A stretch of 63,329 bases of DNA, counting the filler. It is 6 parts of 6 records of this genome, joined end to end, with 100 filler letters (N's around TTAATTAATTAA, not from the genome) between each part and the next. Parts side by side here need not be neighbours in the genome. Positions count along the whole stretch, not along the records: positions 1 to 15,339 come from SRR31156797_14478; 5 more parts are not named here. One strand, given 5' to 3'. The notes below the pieces were generated by a model, which saw only the letters and a program-made list of their open reading frames with translations, searched no databases and was not told where the DNA came from. Each line of letters starts with the position of its first letter. Positions within the stretch are counted from its first letter, which is position 1. The position numbers were made by a program, and so were the translations under genes. This document shows positions 1-9,704 of the stretch, piece by piece.

Positions 1-50
1 CCAGTCAGGCAAAACACAGTTAACAGCAACACAGTAAGAACTCTTTTCAT
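1..50 (-). CDS. 5' end of a probable sugar ABC substrate-binding protein (truncated by window edge)
   Basis: ATG at 50 after an AGGAGGAG RBS; MKRVLTVLLLTVFCLT is signal-peptide-like; follows two permeases. Confidence 0.6.
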   Translation of the reverse strand, partial: MKRVLTVLLLTVFCLT

Positions 51-101
51 AGTTCTCCTCCTTCTATATTTCATCCGGAACACGCCGGATATTTCCAAGA
101 A

Positions 102-1082
102 TCAAGCCTTTGAGGTTCTGCGGTCCGTCAGAAAATTGATCGTCAGGACCACGATGAGGATGGCTCCCATTACCACGTTGGTCAGATAGCGGTTGAAGCC
201 GAAGATGTTCAGCCCGCTGGAGATGACCTGCAGGATCATAACGGCGATGACCGTGCCGGCGACCTTGCCCTCCCCTCCGTTGATATTGGTTCCGCCCAGT
301 ACGGAAGCCGCAACAGCCTGAAGCAGATAGGACGATCCATAGGACTCTTTGGCGGAGTTGTAGCGGGATGCCATAAGGACCCCGGCCACGGCGGCCATCA
401 TGCTGGCGATCAGATAGGTCTGGAAAAGGATCCTCTGAACCTTCACACCGGAAAAGCGGGCGACCTTAGGGCTGCAGCCGATCATATAGATGGTCATGCC
501 CATGCGGCTCCTCTCCAGAAGCAGCCATGTCCCGATGATGATCAGCACGAAGATGACCATGGGTATGGGAACGCCCAGGAAGGTGGAGTTTCCGATCAGA
601 AGGAACTCGAAGGGGAATCCCGAGATGGCGCCGCCCTTGGTGATGTTGAGGCTTATTCCCTCGAAGAGCGTCATGGCGCCCAGGGTGGCCAGCATGGGAG
701 TTACGCCGATATAGGAAACGACGAAACCGTTGAATACGCCGCAGAGAGCGGCGACGCCCAGCATCACGAGAACGCCGGAAACGACCGCCAGGAAACCGCT
801 GCCTCCCGCCGCATACTGATCGGCCATGACCAGACCGCCCACGATCATGGACAGCGTGGCCGTATAGGTCAGGGAGAGATTGATCCCTCCGGTCACGACG
901 ACCAGCATCATAGACAGGGCCAGGATACCGAATTCCGGCAGCTGGTAGGCCATGGACTGCAGATTGTACAGACTGAGGAACTGCCCCGGAGAGAGCAGGC
1001 TCATCAGGATGAAGATGAAAATGAAAATGGAAAACAGGATTCCCTCTTTGCTTGCTATGATTTTTTTGAAACGCGACTTCAT
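102..1082 (-). CDS. Sugar ABC transporter permease (RbsC/BPD_transp_2 family)
   Basis: GGINLS motif, many TM segments, AVAASVLGGTNINGGEG motif. Confidence 0.92.
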   Translation of the reverse strand: MKSRFKKIIASKEGILFSIFIFIFILMSLLSPGQFLSLYNLQSMAYQLPEFGILALSMMLVVVTGGINLSLTYTATLSMIVGGLVMADQYAAGGSGFLAVVSGVLVMLGVAALCGVFNGFVVSYIGVTPMLATLGAMTLFEGISLNITKGGAISGFPFEFLLIGNSTFLGVPIPMVIFVLIIIGTWLLLERSRMGMTIYMIGCSPKVARFSGVKVQRILFQTYLIASMMAAVAGVLMASRYNSAKESYGSSYLLQAVAASVLGGTNINGGEGKVAGTVIAVMILQVISSGLNIFGFNRYLTNVVMGAILIVVLTINFLTDRRTSKA

Positions 1083-1088
1083 ACGGTC

Positions 1089-2123
1089 CTACTCCACATC
1101 TACTCTTATTTTGTTTTTTTCCGCCCGCTGCTTCTCGACCATATCGATGCTGATGGAACCGATGATGATCAGGCCGACGACGATCTTCTGCCAGAAAACG
1201 GGGATATGCATCAGGATGAGGCCGTTGTTGATAACGCAGAACAGAGAGACTCCGATCGCCGTGCCCAGGACCGAGCCGTAACCTCCGAGGACGCTGGCTC
1301 CGCCGAGAACGACCGCCGCGATAACCTGCATCTCGAATCCGAGGAAGGCATTGGGGTCGACCTGCCGCATTATGGAGGTATGGACGACTGCCGCCAGCCC
1401 GATCAGGAATCCCTCGAAGCTGTATACGAAAATCAGGATCCTGTCGGATTTGAAACCCATCCTCTCCGCTGATTCCCTGTTCCCTCCGATGGCATAGATC
1501 CCGCGTCCGATAACCGTCTTCTTCAGTATGAACCAGGTCAGAAAGATTACCGGTATGAGGAAGAGGACCTGAACTGGCAGGCCGATGGTCCTGCCGTCCG
1601 CCAGCCGGGCGGGAAAGAGGATCACCCGTCCGAACTCGATAAAGCTCTCGGGGATGCCCGTGATCCAGGTTCCGTTGGTCAGATAGAGTACCAGCCCCAG
1701 TATCACGCTCATGGTCCCCAGGGTGGCCACGATGGGCGGGATCTTCAGCTTGGAGATCAGCAGGCCGTTCGCCAGGCCCATCAGGGTTCCGCTGAGGCAG
1801 GCTATCAGTACGGCTACGAAGACGTTGGAGCTGATATGGATCAGAGACTGTCCCGTAATGACGGTCACCGCGGCGATGATGGACGCGACGGAGACGTCGA
1901 TGCCTCCGGTCAAAAGCACGAGGAGCATCCCCATGGCCATCACGGCCAGGACCAGATTGCTCTTCAGAATATCCAGAAAGTTTTCAACCGTCAGAAAGGC
2001 CGGATTGGCAATTCCTATGATCAGGGACAGAACCAGAAGGATAAGTATGATCGGTAGCTCTTTTATTTTTCTCAATGATCTTATATTCATGCGCACCCCT
2101 GCTGCGCTTTGTTCAATACTCAT
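1089..2123 (-). CDS. Sugar ABC transporter permease (RbsC family)
   Basis: GGIDVSV, GRGIYAIGGN, IAAVVLGGASVLGGYG motifs; AGGAGG RBS. Confidence 0.92.
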   Translation of the reverse strand: MSIEQSAAGVRMNIRSLRKIKELPIILILLVLSLIIGIANPAFLTVENFLDILKSNLVLAVMAMGMLLVLLTGGIDVSVASIIAAVTVITGQSLIHISSNVFVAVLIACLSGTLMGLANGLLISKLKIPPIVATLGTMSVILGLVLYLTNGTWITGIPESFIEFGRVILFPARLADGRTIGLPVQVLFLIPVIFLTWFILKKTVIGRGIYAIGGNRESAERMGFKSDRILIFVYSFEGFLIGLAAVVHTSIMRQVDPNAFLGFEMQVIAAVVLGGASVLGGYGSVLGTAIGVSLFCVINNGLILMHIPVFWQKIVVGLIIIGSISIDMVEKQRAEKNKIRVDVE

Positions 2124-2131
2124 ATACCCTC

Positions 2132-3616
2132 CTACAGAGCCTTGCTCATGATGTCTTCCTGATTCAGATCCTCACAGAACATCTGAGCCGTGATCCGTCC
2201 GTGCCTCATGACGGCGACCCTGTCGGCGATGGCCAGTATCTCTGGAAGCTCCGATGAAATGACGATGATGCCCAGCCCCTCGGCGGCGAGCTCCCTCAAT
2301 AGCTGATGGATCTCCGCCTTGGCTCCGATATCGATTCCGTTGGTGGGCTCGTCCACAATCAGGACCCTGGGCTCCGTGGCCAGCCACTTGGAAACGACGA
2401 CTCTCTGCTGGTTTCCCCCCGACAGTTTGGAGGTCAGCATGTGGGGGATATTGGGTCTGATCCCCAGCTGGCTCATCCATTTCTCAGTGAGGCGTTCCTT
2501 CTTCTTGAGGTTGATCAGCCCGCCTTTGGCGCTCAGAGAGTCCAGAACCGTGAGGGAGATGTTATCCTCGATGGACTTTCTGAGGACCAGCCCCTCCTGA
2601 AGACGGTTTTCGGGGACATAGGAGATGCCGGCTTTTACAGCGTCGCTGGGAGAATCGATCACCAGGGCCTCGCCGTCGAGAAGCATGCTTCCCTCGTCCA
2701 CGGGATTCAGTCCGAATATGGCCTGGGCCACCTCGGTCCGCCCGGCGCCGACGAGACCGGTCAGGCCCAGGATCTCACCCTTGTGAAGGGTGAAATTGAT
2801 ATCTATGAAGTTCCCCTTCTTGGAGAAGTCCCTTAGCTCGAGCAAGGGCTCCTCCCTCTTGTTCTTGGGATAGATGGAGTATTCGATCTTCCGGCCGACC
2901 ATCAGGGAGATCAGCTGATCGTCATCAAGTTCGTCTTCGCTGAAGGTGCCGATGTATTGGCCGTCCCGGAGAACGGTGAAGCGGTCGGATACGGCGAAAA
3001 GCTCATCCAGCTTATGGCTGATGAAAAGAAGGGCTATCCCCTTCTCCTTCAGGGAGAGCATGATCTCGAAAAGCTTCTTCACCTCGCCCTTGGAGAGGGA
3101 GGAGGTGGGTTCATCCAGAATCAGGAGCTTGGCGTTATTGGCCAGGGCCCGGGCGATGGCGACAAGCTGCTGCCTGGCGACGGACAGTTCGCCCAGAGTC
3201 ATCTCAAGGTCCATGGATATGCCGAGCTGATCGAGGGCGTCCCTCGCAATCTTCTCCATGGCTTTCCAGCTAACGAGCCTGTCGTTCTTCTCCACGCTGT
3301 GTCCCAAGGCTATATTCTCCATAACCGACAGATTCGGAAAGAGTGAGAAATCCTGATAAATGACGACGATTCCCTGTCTCAGAGACTCCAGAGGGCTGAG
3401 AGCCTCCAGCGCCTGACCGTTCATGGTGATGGAGCCGCCCTCCTCGGGCTGATAGACTCCGGACAGGATCTTGATCAATGTTGATTTGCCCGCGCCGTTC
3501 TCTCCGATCAGTGCGTGGATTTCTCCGGTATTGATGGAAAAACCAACGTTCTGCAACGCTTTGACGCCGGGGAATGTTTTGGATATGTTTTCTATTTCAA
3601 CCAGGGTCTGGCCCAT
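2132..3616 (-). CDS. Sugar ABC transporter ATP-binding protein (two ABC domains, RbsA-like)
   Basis: Walker A GENGAGKST, LILDEPT, LSGGNQQ, VDEPTNGIDIGAK. Confidence 0.95.
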   Translation of the reverse strand: MGQTLVEIENISKTFPGVKALQNVGFSINTGEIHALIGENGAGKSTLIKILSGVYQPEEGGSITMNGQALEALSPLESLRQGIVVIYQDFSLFPNLSVMENIALGHSVEKNDRLVSWKAMEKIARDALDQLGISMDLEMTLGELSVARQQLVAIARALANNAKLLILDEPTSSLSKGEVKKLFEIMLSLKEKGIALLFISHKLDELFAVSDRFTVLRDGQYIGTFSEDELDDDQLISLMVGRKIEYSIYPKNKREEPLLELRDFSKKGNFIDINFTLHKGEILGLTGLVGAGRTEVAQAIFGLNPVDEGSMLLDGEALVIDSPSDAVKAGISYVPENRLQEGLVLRKSIEDNISLTVLDSLSAKGGLINLKKKERLTEKWMSQLGIRPNIPHMLTSKLSGGNQQRVVVSKWLATEPRVLIVDEPTNGIDIGAKAEIHQLLRELAAEGLGIIVISSELPEILAIADRVAVMRHGRITAQMFCEDLNQEDIMSKAL

Positions 3617-3686
3617 GTGTTCCTCCTGAACTTGAATTCATTATCAGGGGGGAACTCCGGATCCGACCATTCACGATTTTTTACTA

Positions 3687-3742
3687 ATTGATGTATTTTT
3701 TCCTGGATTGATGCACTTTTTTAAATAAATGATGAACTTTTT
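3687..3742 (-). promoter_or_regulatory. Three phased 15-bp direct repeats upstream of the third ABC operon (probable activator sites)
   Basis: ATTGATGTATTTTTT (3687), ATTGATGCACTTTTT (3707), AATGATGAACTTTTT (3728); spacing 20 and 21 bp. Confidence 0.55.
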
Positions 3743-4062
3743 TGCCATCCCTCAGCCGATGGGAAGAGGAAGGGCCAGACAGAGGCCGTTCTCCTTTCCA
3801 TGGTCGTTCCGGCGATGCGGCAGGCGACGAACAGCGTCGGCCCCACGGGAGGGGAGCCCAGGGCGACGGCCGCCGAAAGAGAGGCCAGCCAGATCATGAT
3901 GCAGCTGGCCAGCTGCTCGGACCAGAGCATGGGAATCGTCAGCACCTATCTGAACAGGTCCTCAAGCGGGATCACGGTGACAAGGGCACCCAGCAGGACC
4001 GTTACGGCGATCCAGGCTACGCGATCCAGGAAAAAAGCCGTAGACTCAATCATCTTCGCCAT
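3721..4062 (-). pseudogene. Collapsed TRAP transporter remnant: DctQ N-terminus with in-frame TAG, fused to a DctM C-terminal fragment
   Basis: MAKMIE...LFR*VLTIPMLWSEQLASCIMIWL matches the DctQ FRYVL..P..WSEE motif with Tyr replaced by TAG at 3946-3948; continues in frame into SPPVGPTLFVACRIAG..ME....VWPFL, the DctM C-terminal motif. Confidence 0.75.
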
Positions 4063-4076
4063 GCTCTTTCCCCGGC

Positions 4077-5051
4077 TCACACCCTGTTCGGCGGCTCCTC
4101 GCCCAGCAGCACGGCCTTCACGTTCAGCGCCGCCATCCGGCGGGCCTCTATCAGAGACTCCTCGGAGTAGTAGGCCACATGGGGGGTGATAAAGCAGTTG
4201 TCCAGGGAGAACAACGGATTCATCTCCGGCGTCCAGTCGAACATCTTGGCCGGCTCCTCCTCGGGATCGTCCAGGCCGGCGGAGGCGATGCCCCCCCCGG
4301 TCAGGGCCTTGTACAGAGCCCTGTTGTCCACCAGCTTGCCCCGGGAGCAGTTGACCAGGATGCCGCTCTCCTTCATCAGTCCCAGTTCCTTTTCCCCTAT
4401 GATATGATGGGTCTCCGGGGTGTAGGGGCACTGGAGGCAGACCACGTCCGAGCTCTTCAGAAGGGTCTCCAGATCCGCCGCTTCGGCGCCGATCTCCCGG
4501 GCGGCCTCTTCATTCAGATAGGGGTCGTAGGCCAGGATCCCGAAGCCCAGGCTCCTGAGTTTCCGGCTCATGTTCTGGGCGATCCGGCCGAAGCCGACCA
4601 CCCCGACGGTCGTGTTCTTGAACCGCCGCACCCCTACCCCCGTCTCGGACCAGTGCCACTTGCCCTTCTTCGTCTCCTTGACGAACATGGGCAGGCGCCG
4701 GATCAGCATAAGGATAAAGGAGATGTTATGGTCCGCGACCTCGTCGAGGCAGTAGTCTGCCACATTGGTGCAGACCACTCCCTTCTCCCGGGCGGTATCC
4801 GTGTCCACGATGTCCATTCCTATGCCGTAGCGGGCTATGACCTTAAGATTCGGCATGGCCGTGATGGCCGGCTTGAAGACCTTGGCATACTGCACCATAA
4901 GGGCGTCCGCGTCGGCGGCCTGACTCTCAAGCCCCTTGCCGTCCCTGCACTGCAGGCCAATGACCTCGGCGCCTATGGGCTCCAGGATTTCCTGTTCTAT
5001 CCGGTTGTCCGGATAGTCATAATCGGTGATATAGACTTTATACTTCCCCAT
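4077..5051 (-). CDS. D-isomer-specific 2-hydroxyacid dehydrogenase (CtBP/SerA-like family)
   Basis: RYGIGMD, GVVGFGRIA Rossmann motif, NCSRG, DDPEEEP, ITPHVAYYS. Confidence 0.9.
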   Translation of the reverse strand: MGKYKVYITDYDYPDNRIEQEILEPIGAEVIGLQCRDGKGLESQAADADALMVQYAKVFKPAITAMPNLKVIARYGIGMDIVDTDTAREKGVVCTNVADYCLDEVADHNISFILMLIRRLPMFVKETKKGKWHWSETGVGVRRFKNTTVGVVGFGRIAQNMSRKLRSLGFGILAYDPYLNEEAAREIGAEAADLETLLKSSDVVCLQCPYTPETHHIIGEKELGLMKESGILVNCSRGKLVDNRALYKALTGGGIASAGLDDPEEEPAKMFDWTPEMNPLFSLDNCFITPHVAYYSEESLIEARRMAALNVKAVLLGEEPPNRV

Positions 5052-5078
5052 TGTGATCCGCCTTTGTTCTCCTCATCC

Positions 5079-5765
5079 CTAGATCCTGCCGAACTTGGCC
5101 AGGAGCTCTTCCACTGTGGCTCCTCTGAGGATCTCGGCCCGGGTGGCCTCTTCCTTATCCGCCTGCTCCCGGGCTATGGGGTAGACCTCTTCCCAACGGG
5201 CCCTGGGAACGACGGAGACTCCGATCTCGTCGCCCACGACCAGGTCGCCGGGCTCAACGATGATCCCGCCGCAGACGATGGGGGTGTTGATCTCGATGGG
5301 CTCCACCATACCCGTATAGGCGCTGTGGGCGGCGCGGGGAGAGACATGGCGGCTGATGATGGGAAAGTCCAGCATCCTGGCTTCGTCGGTGTCCCGGGCG
5401 GAGCCGTCGATGATGACGCCCCTGACCCCGGCGGCGAGGCTCAGTCCGCTCATCAGCCCGCCCCAGATAGAGGTATCCGACTCGCCGAAGGCATCGATAA
5501 CGACCACGTCTCCGGGCCTGGCGATGTCGAAGATGGGCAGGCAGTCCACGATGTTTCCCGGGGACAGTTTGACGGTCAGGGCCGTGCCGATGATCTTCTT
5601 GTTTACCGAACGCTGCTTCATATAGCTCTTCATCACATTATCCCGGTCCATGGCGTCGCCGACGACACAGGAAAGGCTGAGGACGTCCTCCATGGCCAGG
5701 AACCTGTCCAGCAGCGCCCTGTTCACCTCGGGGGCTTGCTTGATAATCTTTTTCATTTCTGCCAT
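5079..5765 (-). CDS. RraA family / HMG-CHA aldolase-like protein
   Basis: GTALTV, PGDVVVID, WGGLM, IIDGSARD, PGDLVVGDEIGV motifs. Confidence 0.85.
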   Translation of the reverse strand: MAEMKKIIKQAPEVNRALLDRFLAMEDVLSLSCVVGDAMDRDNVMKSYMKQRSVNKKIIGTALTVKLSPGNIVDCLPIFDIARPGDVVVIDAFGESDTSIWGGLMSGLSLAAGVRGVIIDGSARDTDEARMLDFPIISRHVSPRAAHSAYTGMVEPIEINTPIVCGGIIVEPGDLVVGDEIGVSVVPRARWEEVYPIAREQADKEEATRAEILRGATVEELLAKFGRI

Positions 5766-5898
5766 AACGCACTCCTATTGGTAATCGATCGATATCTTTT
5801 TGTTTCTGATCCCGGTCCCGATACCGGGGGATCCCGCTCTATCAGTACTCCCGGCAGCCGGGGGGCTCGGTGTCCGCCTATCCCCCCGCCGGAGAGGT

Positions 5899-6861
5899 TC
5901 AGACTCTTAGCTTATAAAAAAGGCGGCTCAGTTCGCTCCTCCACATATCCAGGAACACCGCCAGTATGATGATGCTCCCCACCACGATGTTCTGGATGGA
6001 TGTGGGAACGGCGTTCAGGTTCAGGGCGTTCTGCACGATCACCACGATCATGGCCCCCACCAGGGTGGACAGGACGTTGGCCTTGCCTCCGCTCAGGCTG
6101 GCTCCCCCGATCACGCAGGCCGCGATGGCCGAGAGCTCCATGCCGATGCCGTAGTTGGGGGATCCCGAATTGAGGCGGGCGGTCATGAGGACGGCGGCGA
6201 ATCCGGCCATGGCTCCGGCGAGCACGAAGGTCAGGGCGGAGATCCGCTTCACATTGATCCCCGAGTAGACGGCGGAGGAACGGTTGCCTCCCACCGCATG
6301 GATCTTGCGGCCGGTTTCGGTATACCTCAGGAAGAACCATCCCCATCCGTAGAAGACAAGGATGTAGAAAAAGACGTAGGGTATCCCCAGGACCGAGCCG
6401 TAGAAGAAGACCTGCAGGGAGTCGGATACCGAATAGATGGGCGATCCCTCGTTGATCATAAAGGCGAATCCCCTGAAGATGCCCTGGGTCGCCAGGGTGG
6501 CGATAAAGGCGGGTATGCGCAGATAGGCCGCCAGCACGCCGTTCAGCAGTCCCAGGGCGCATCCGATCAGAACGGCCAGAACAACCGCGATGGGAACGGG
6601 TATGCCCTTCATCTTGATCATGGTGGTCATCAGCATGGTCAGCAGGGCGATCATGGCGCCCGGGGAGAGATCGATATCCCCCGACAGGATGACCAGGGTG
6701 GAGCCGATGGCCACCAGGGAGACGATGCTCACCTGGAGAAAGATGTTCCTGATATTGTCGGTCAGGAGGAAGCGGGGGGTCGTCAGCCCGATGAGGACGA
6801 CCAGTATGGCCAGAGCCATGAGGGGCCCGATGATGTCAGCGCTAAGAAATTTCTTTTTCAT
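5899..6861 (-). CDS. Sugar ABC transporter permease (RbsC family)
   Basis: GDIDLS, GRKIHAVGGN, IAACVIGGASLSGG. Confidence 0.92.
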   Translation of the reverse strand: MKKKFLSADIIGPLMALAILVVLIGLTTPRFLLTDNIRNIFLQVSIVSLVAIGSTLVILSGDIDLSPGAMIALLTMLMTTMIKMKGIPVPIAVVLAVLIGCALGLLNGVLAAYLRIPAFIATLATQGIFRGFAFMINEGSPIYSVSDSLQVFFYGSVLGIPYVFFYILVFYGWGWFFLRYTETGRKIHAVGGNRSSAVYSGINVKRISALTFVLAGAMAGFAAVLMTARLNSGSPNYGIGMELSAIAACVIGGASLSGGKANVLSTLVGAMIVVIVQNALNLNAVPTSIQNIVVGSIIILAVFLDMWRSELSRLFYKLRV

Positions 6862-8374
6862 TTTCTACCTCTTTTTCCGTACTCATGGACTCCTTCGAAA
6901 CCACCGCTTCGATCAGGCCGTGGACGTCCATATCCTCGGCCTCGCGGATACCGGAGATCCTGCCGTGATGGACCAGGGCGATCCTGTCGCTCATGGCCAG
7001 CAGTTCGGGGAAGTCCGAGCTGATCAAAAGGACGGCCTTTCCCTGAAGAGTCAGTTCGTTGATGATGTTGTAGACCTCCACCTTGGCTCCGATGTCGATC
7101 CCCTGGGTCGGTTCGTCCAGGATGAACAGATCGGCATCGCAGTAGAGCCAGCGCGAGATGATCGCCTTCTGCTGGTTCCCCCCCGACAGGCTGCCGATGG
7201 AAAGATGGCGGGTGGTGGGAGGCATATTCAGCTTGCGGATATAGTGCTCCGAAACACGGTCCTCGTCTTTGAGACTGAGAACGCCCCTTCTCTTCAGCTT
7301 CCGGATGGCGGAGACGGTGATGTTTTTGGCTCCCGTGAAGTTGGTGAATATACCGTCGGACTTCCGGTTCTCCGATATCAGGGCGATGCCCCGTCTGACG
7401 GCCTCCTCAGAGGATCCCGGCAGGGCCTCTCCGTTCAGCGTCCCTTCCACTGAGCGGTCGATGCCGAACAGGGCCTTGGCTATCTCGGTCCTTCCCGAGC
7501 CGATGACTCCGGCCAGTCCCAGGACCTCTCCCCTGCGGATGGAAAAGTCCACGCCGTGAAGCCCCGTCTCGGTCTTCAGTCCCTCAAGGCGGACGATCGT
7601 ATCCTCCTGCGTGTTCCTTTGCTTGGGATAATGCTCCCCCACCTCGCCGCCGATCATCATCCTGACGATACGGCCCACATCGATATCCCCGGCGTCTATT
7701 ACGCCGGCCAGGGCGCCGTCCTTCAGTACCGTGGCGCGGTCCACGATCTTCTTCACCTCGTCCATGCGGTGGGAGATGTAGAGAACGGCGCAGCCCGATT
7801 TGGTCAGATTCCGGATCAGTTCGTGGAGGTTTTCGATATCCTCCATCCCCAGGGCGGCGGTGGGCTCGTCCATAATCAGGAGCTCGGAATCCATGGAAAG
7901 GGCCTTGGCGATCTCCACCATCTGCTGTTGGGCGACCGAAAGGTCCTCCACCGGCGATCCCGGATCGATTGAGATTTTCAGCCTCTCCAACAGGGCCACC
8001 GACCTCTCTTCCATCTCCTTCCAGTTCACCACCCTGCCGGTTTTCGGCAGGCGTCCCAGGAAGATGTTCTCGGCCACCGTCAGGGCGGGGACCAGGGAGA
8101 GCTCCTGAAAGATGGTGGCGATCCCGTAGCTACGGGCCGTTTCGGGATCGGGAATCACCACGACCCGCCCCTCGCGGCGTATGGTTCCCGACGAAGGAAG
8201 GTGCACGCCCGAAAGGCATTTGATCAGGGTGGATTTACCGCTGCCGTTCTCTCCCAGAAGGCCGTGGACCTCCCCCGGATAGAGGCTGAGATCCACATTG
8301 TCCAGGGCCTTTACACCGGGGAAAATCTTTGAAATATTACGGAGTTCCCAGAACTCCCGTCTCGTTTCGTTCAA
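6842..8374 (-). CDS. Sugar ABC transporter ATP-binding protein (RbsA-like)
   Basis: GENGSGKST, MDEPT, LSGGNQQK, LDEPTQGIDIGAK; TTG start. Confidence 0.95.
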   Translation of the reverse strand: MNETRREFWELRNISKIFPGVKALDNVDLSLYPGEVHGLLGENGSGKSTLIKCLSGVHLPSSGTIRREGRVVVIPDPETARSYGIATIFQELSLVPALTVAENIFLGRLPKTGRVVNWKEMEERSVALLERLKISIDPGSPVEDLSVAQQQMVEIAKALSMDSELLIMDEPTAALGMEDIENLHELIRNLTKSGCAVLYISHRMDEVKKIVDRATVLKDGALAGVIDAGDIDVGRIVRMMIGGEVGEHYPKQRNTQEDTIVRLEGLKTETGLHGVDFSIRRGEVLGLAGVIGSGRTEIAKALFGIDRSVEGTLNGEALPGSSEEAVRRGIALISENRKSDGIFTNFTGAKNITVSAIRKLKRRGVLSLKDEDRVSEHYIRKLNMPPTTRHLSIGSLSGGNQQKAIISRWLYCDADLFILDEPTQGIDIGAKVEVYNIINELTLQGKAVLLISSDFPELLAMSDRIALVHHGRISGIREAEDMDVHGLIEAVVSKESMSTEKEVENEKEIS

Positions 8375-8410
8375 GATTCAACCTCTTATTAAAAATCATC
8401 ATTGTCGGGA

Positions 8411-8443
8411 CCGCGGCAGCCGGCGATTAAGCGGTCGCCGCGG
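8411..8443 (-). other. GC-rich stem-loop just after the binding-protein gene (mRNA stabiliser or partial terminator)
   Basis: CCGCGGC (8411-8417) ... GCCGCGG (8437-8443) inverted repeat between the SBP stop and the ATPase start. Confidence 0.4.
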
Positions 8444-8457
8444 CACAGACATCCTTA

Positions 8458-9534
8458 TCAGTAGGTCTTTGAGGGCTTGGGATAGAGCTTCTCAGGCTGC
8501 TTCAGATAGTCCAGAACGTTGTCCTTGTCCACGATGACCGTGGGAACCTCTACGAATCCGCCGCTGAACTTGCCGTAGAGACCGTCCATAACCATCTGCA
8601 TGGCCGACTGGCCCATGGCGAAGGGGGTCGTGTTCACGGTGGCGTGTACGCTTCCCTTGGCGATCTCTTCCAGGCAGGCGGTGTCGCCGTCGTTGCCGAG
8701 CAGGATGATGTCGTCCCGTCCCAGACCGGCTACGGCCTTCTGGGCGCCCATGATCTCATAGTCGTTGGCGGCCATCAGCATGGTGACGTCGGGCTGGGCC
8801 TGGATGATATCCATGGCGGCCATGTTGCCCCCTTCCACATTCCAGTTGCCGTTGACGCTGGCCATAATCTCAAAGGAGGGATTGCCCTTGATGGCGTCCA
8901 CGAAGCCTCCGATCCTTTCGGTGGAGTGGTAGCCGGGAAGGCCCTCGATCAACCCCACCCTGGCGCTGCCGTATGTCTCGATGGCGTATCTGCCCAGCTT
9001 CTCGGTGCCCTTTCTCTGACTGTAGCCCACGACGCCGTGCACGGGAGAGGGGAAATTGAGGATATCAGAGTTGACGATGACGACCATGATACCGCCCTCG
9101 ACGGCCTGCTTCACCAGGGGGGCGGCGGCCTGCTCGTCATGGGTGGAGAGGATGATGGCGTCCACATCCCGGATGATGGCGTCCTGGATCATTCCCATCT
9201 GGCCGTTGATGTCCGCTCCGCTCTCGGGGGCCAGCATAAAATAGTCGGCTCCGGCCTTATCGCAGATATCCTCAATCCCCTTTCCGATGGCCATGTAGTA
9301 ATTGAACTCCTTGGCGGGAGGCATATAGGCTACTACGGGGACATTCCCTTCCGTGTAGTCCAGGGTCTCCATTCCCGTGGCGGCTGCCGCCTGCAGGGGA
9401 ACGGGGGCGGCGTAGTCCGCCAGTTTCTGATACTCAAATCCCTTGAGGTTTTCCTGCCCACCATTTGCAGACAGGTTTCCTGCAAGGCAACTCGTCAATA
9501 AAACCAAAAACGCAATCCTGAAATGTCTGTTCAT
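8458..9534 (-). CDS. Sugar ABC transporter substrate-binding protein (Peripla_BP type I)
   Basis: Signal peptide ending SANGGQE (spirochaete-style), VDAIILS, ERIGGF, ANDYEIMGA. Confidence 0.9.
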   Translation of the reverse strand: MNRHFRIAFLVLLTSCLAGNLSANGGQENLKGFEYQKLADYAAPVPLQAAAATGMETLDYTEGNVPVVAYMPPAKEFNYYMAIGKGIEDICDKAGADYFMLAPESGADINGQMGMIQDAIIRDVDAIILSTHDEQAAAPLVKQAVEGGIMVVIVNSDILNFPSPVHGVVGYSQRKGTEKLGRYAIETYGSARVGLIEGLPGYHSTERIGGFVDAIKGNPSFEIMASVNGNWNVEGGNMAAMDIIQAQPDVTMLMAANDYEIMGAQKAVAGLGRDDIILLGNDGDTACLEEIAKGSVHATVNTTPFAMGQSAMQMVMDGLYGKFSGGFVEVPTVIVDKDNVLDYLKQPEKLYPKPSKTY

Positions 9535-9704
9535 CTCATCCTCCTAAATATTGATTAATGGTTCGCTATTAGCAAAGCACCGACTTACAGTTCTCATGCG
9601 GGGACAGAACTCAGGCGCTCGAAGCCGACGGCGTTCGATTCTTCAAGAGTTCAGACCCTCGTTCTTTTACAGCGGCCTCAGAAGGCCATGGCTTCCCGGT
9701 TTTA

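Noticed and set aside
3946-3948. In-frame TAG as pyrrolysine or amber recoding
   Set aside because: Neighbouring genes in the contig (ending 1089, 2132, 5079) use TAG as a normal stop, and the ORF is also grossly deleted
4179-5969. 596-aa plus-strand ORF and many other long antisense ORFs in 1-14900
   Set aside because: They are shadows of well-supported minus-strand genes in GC-rich DNA and carry no motifs
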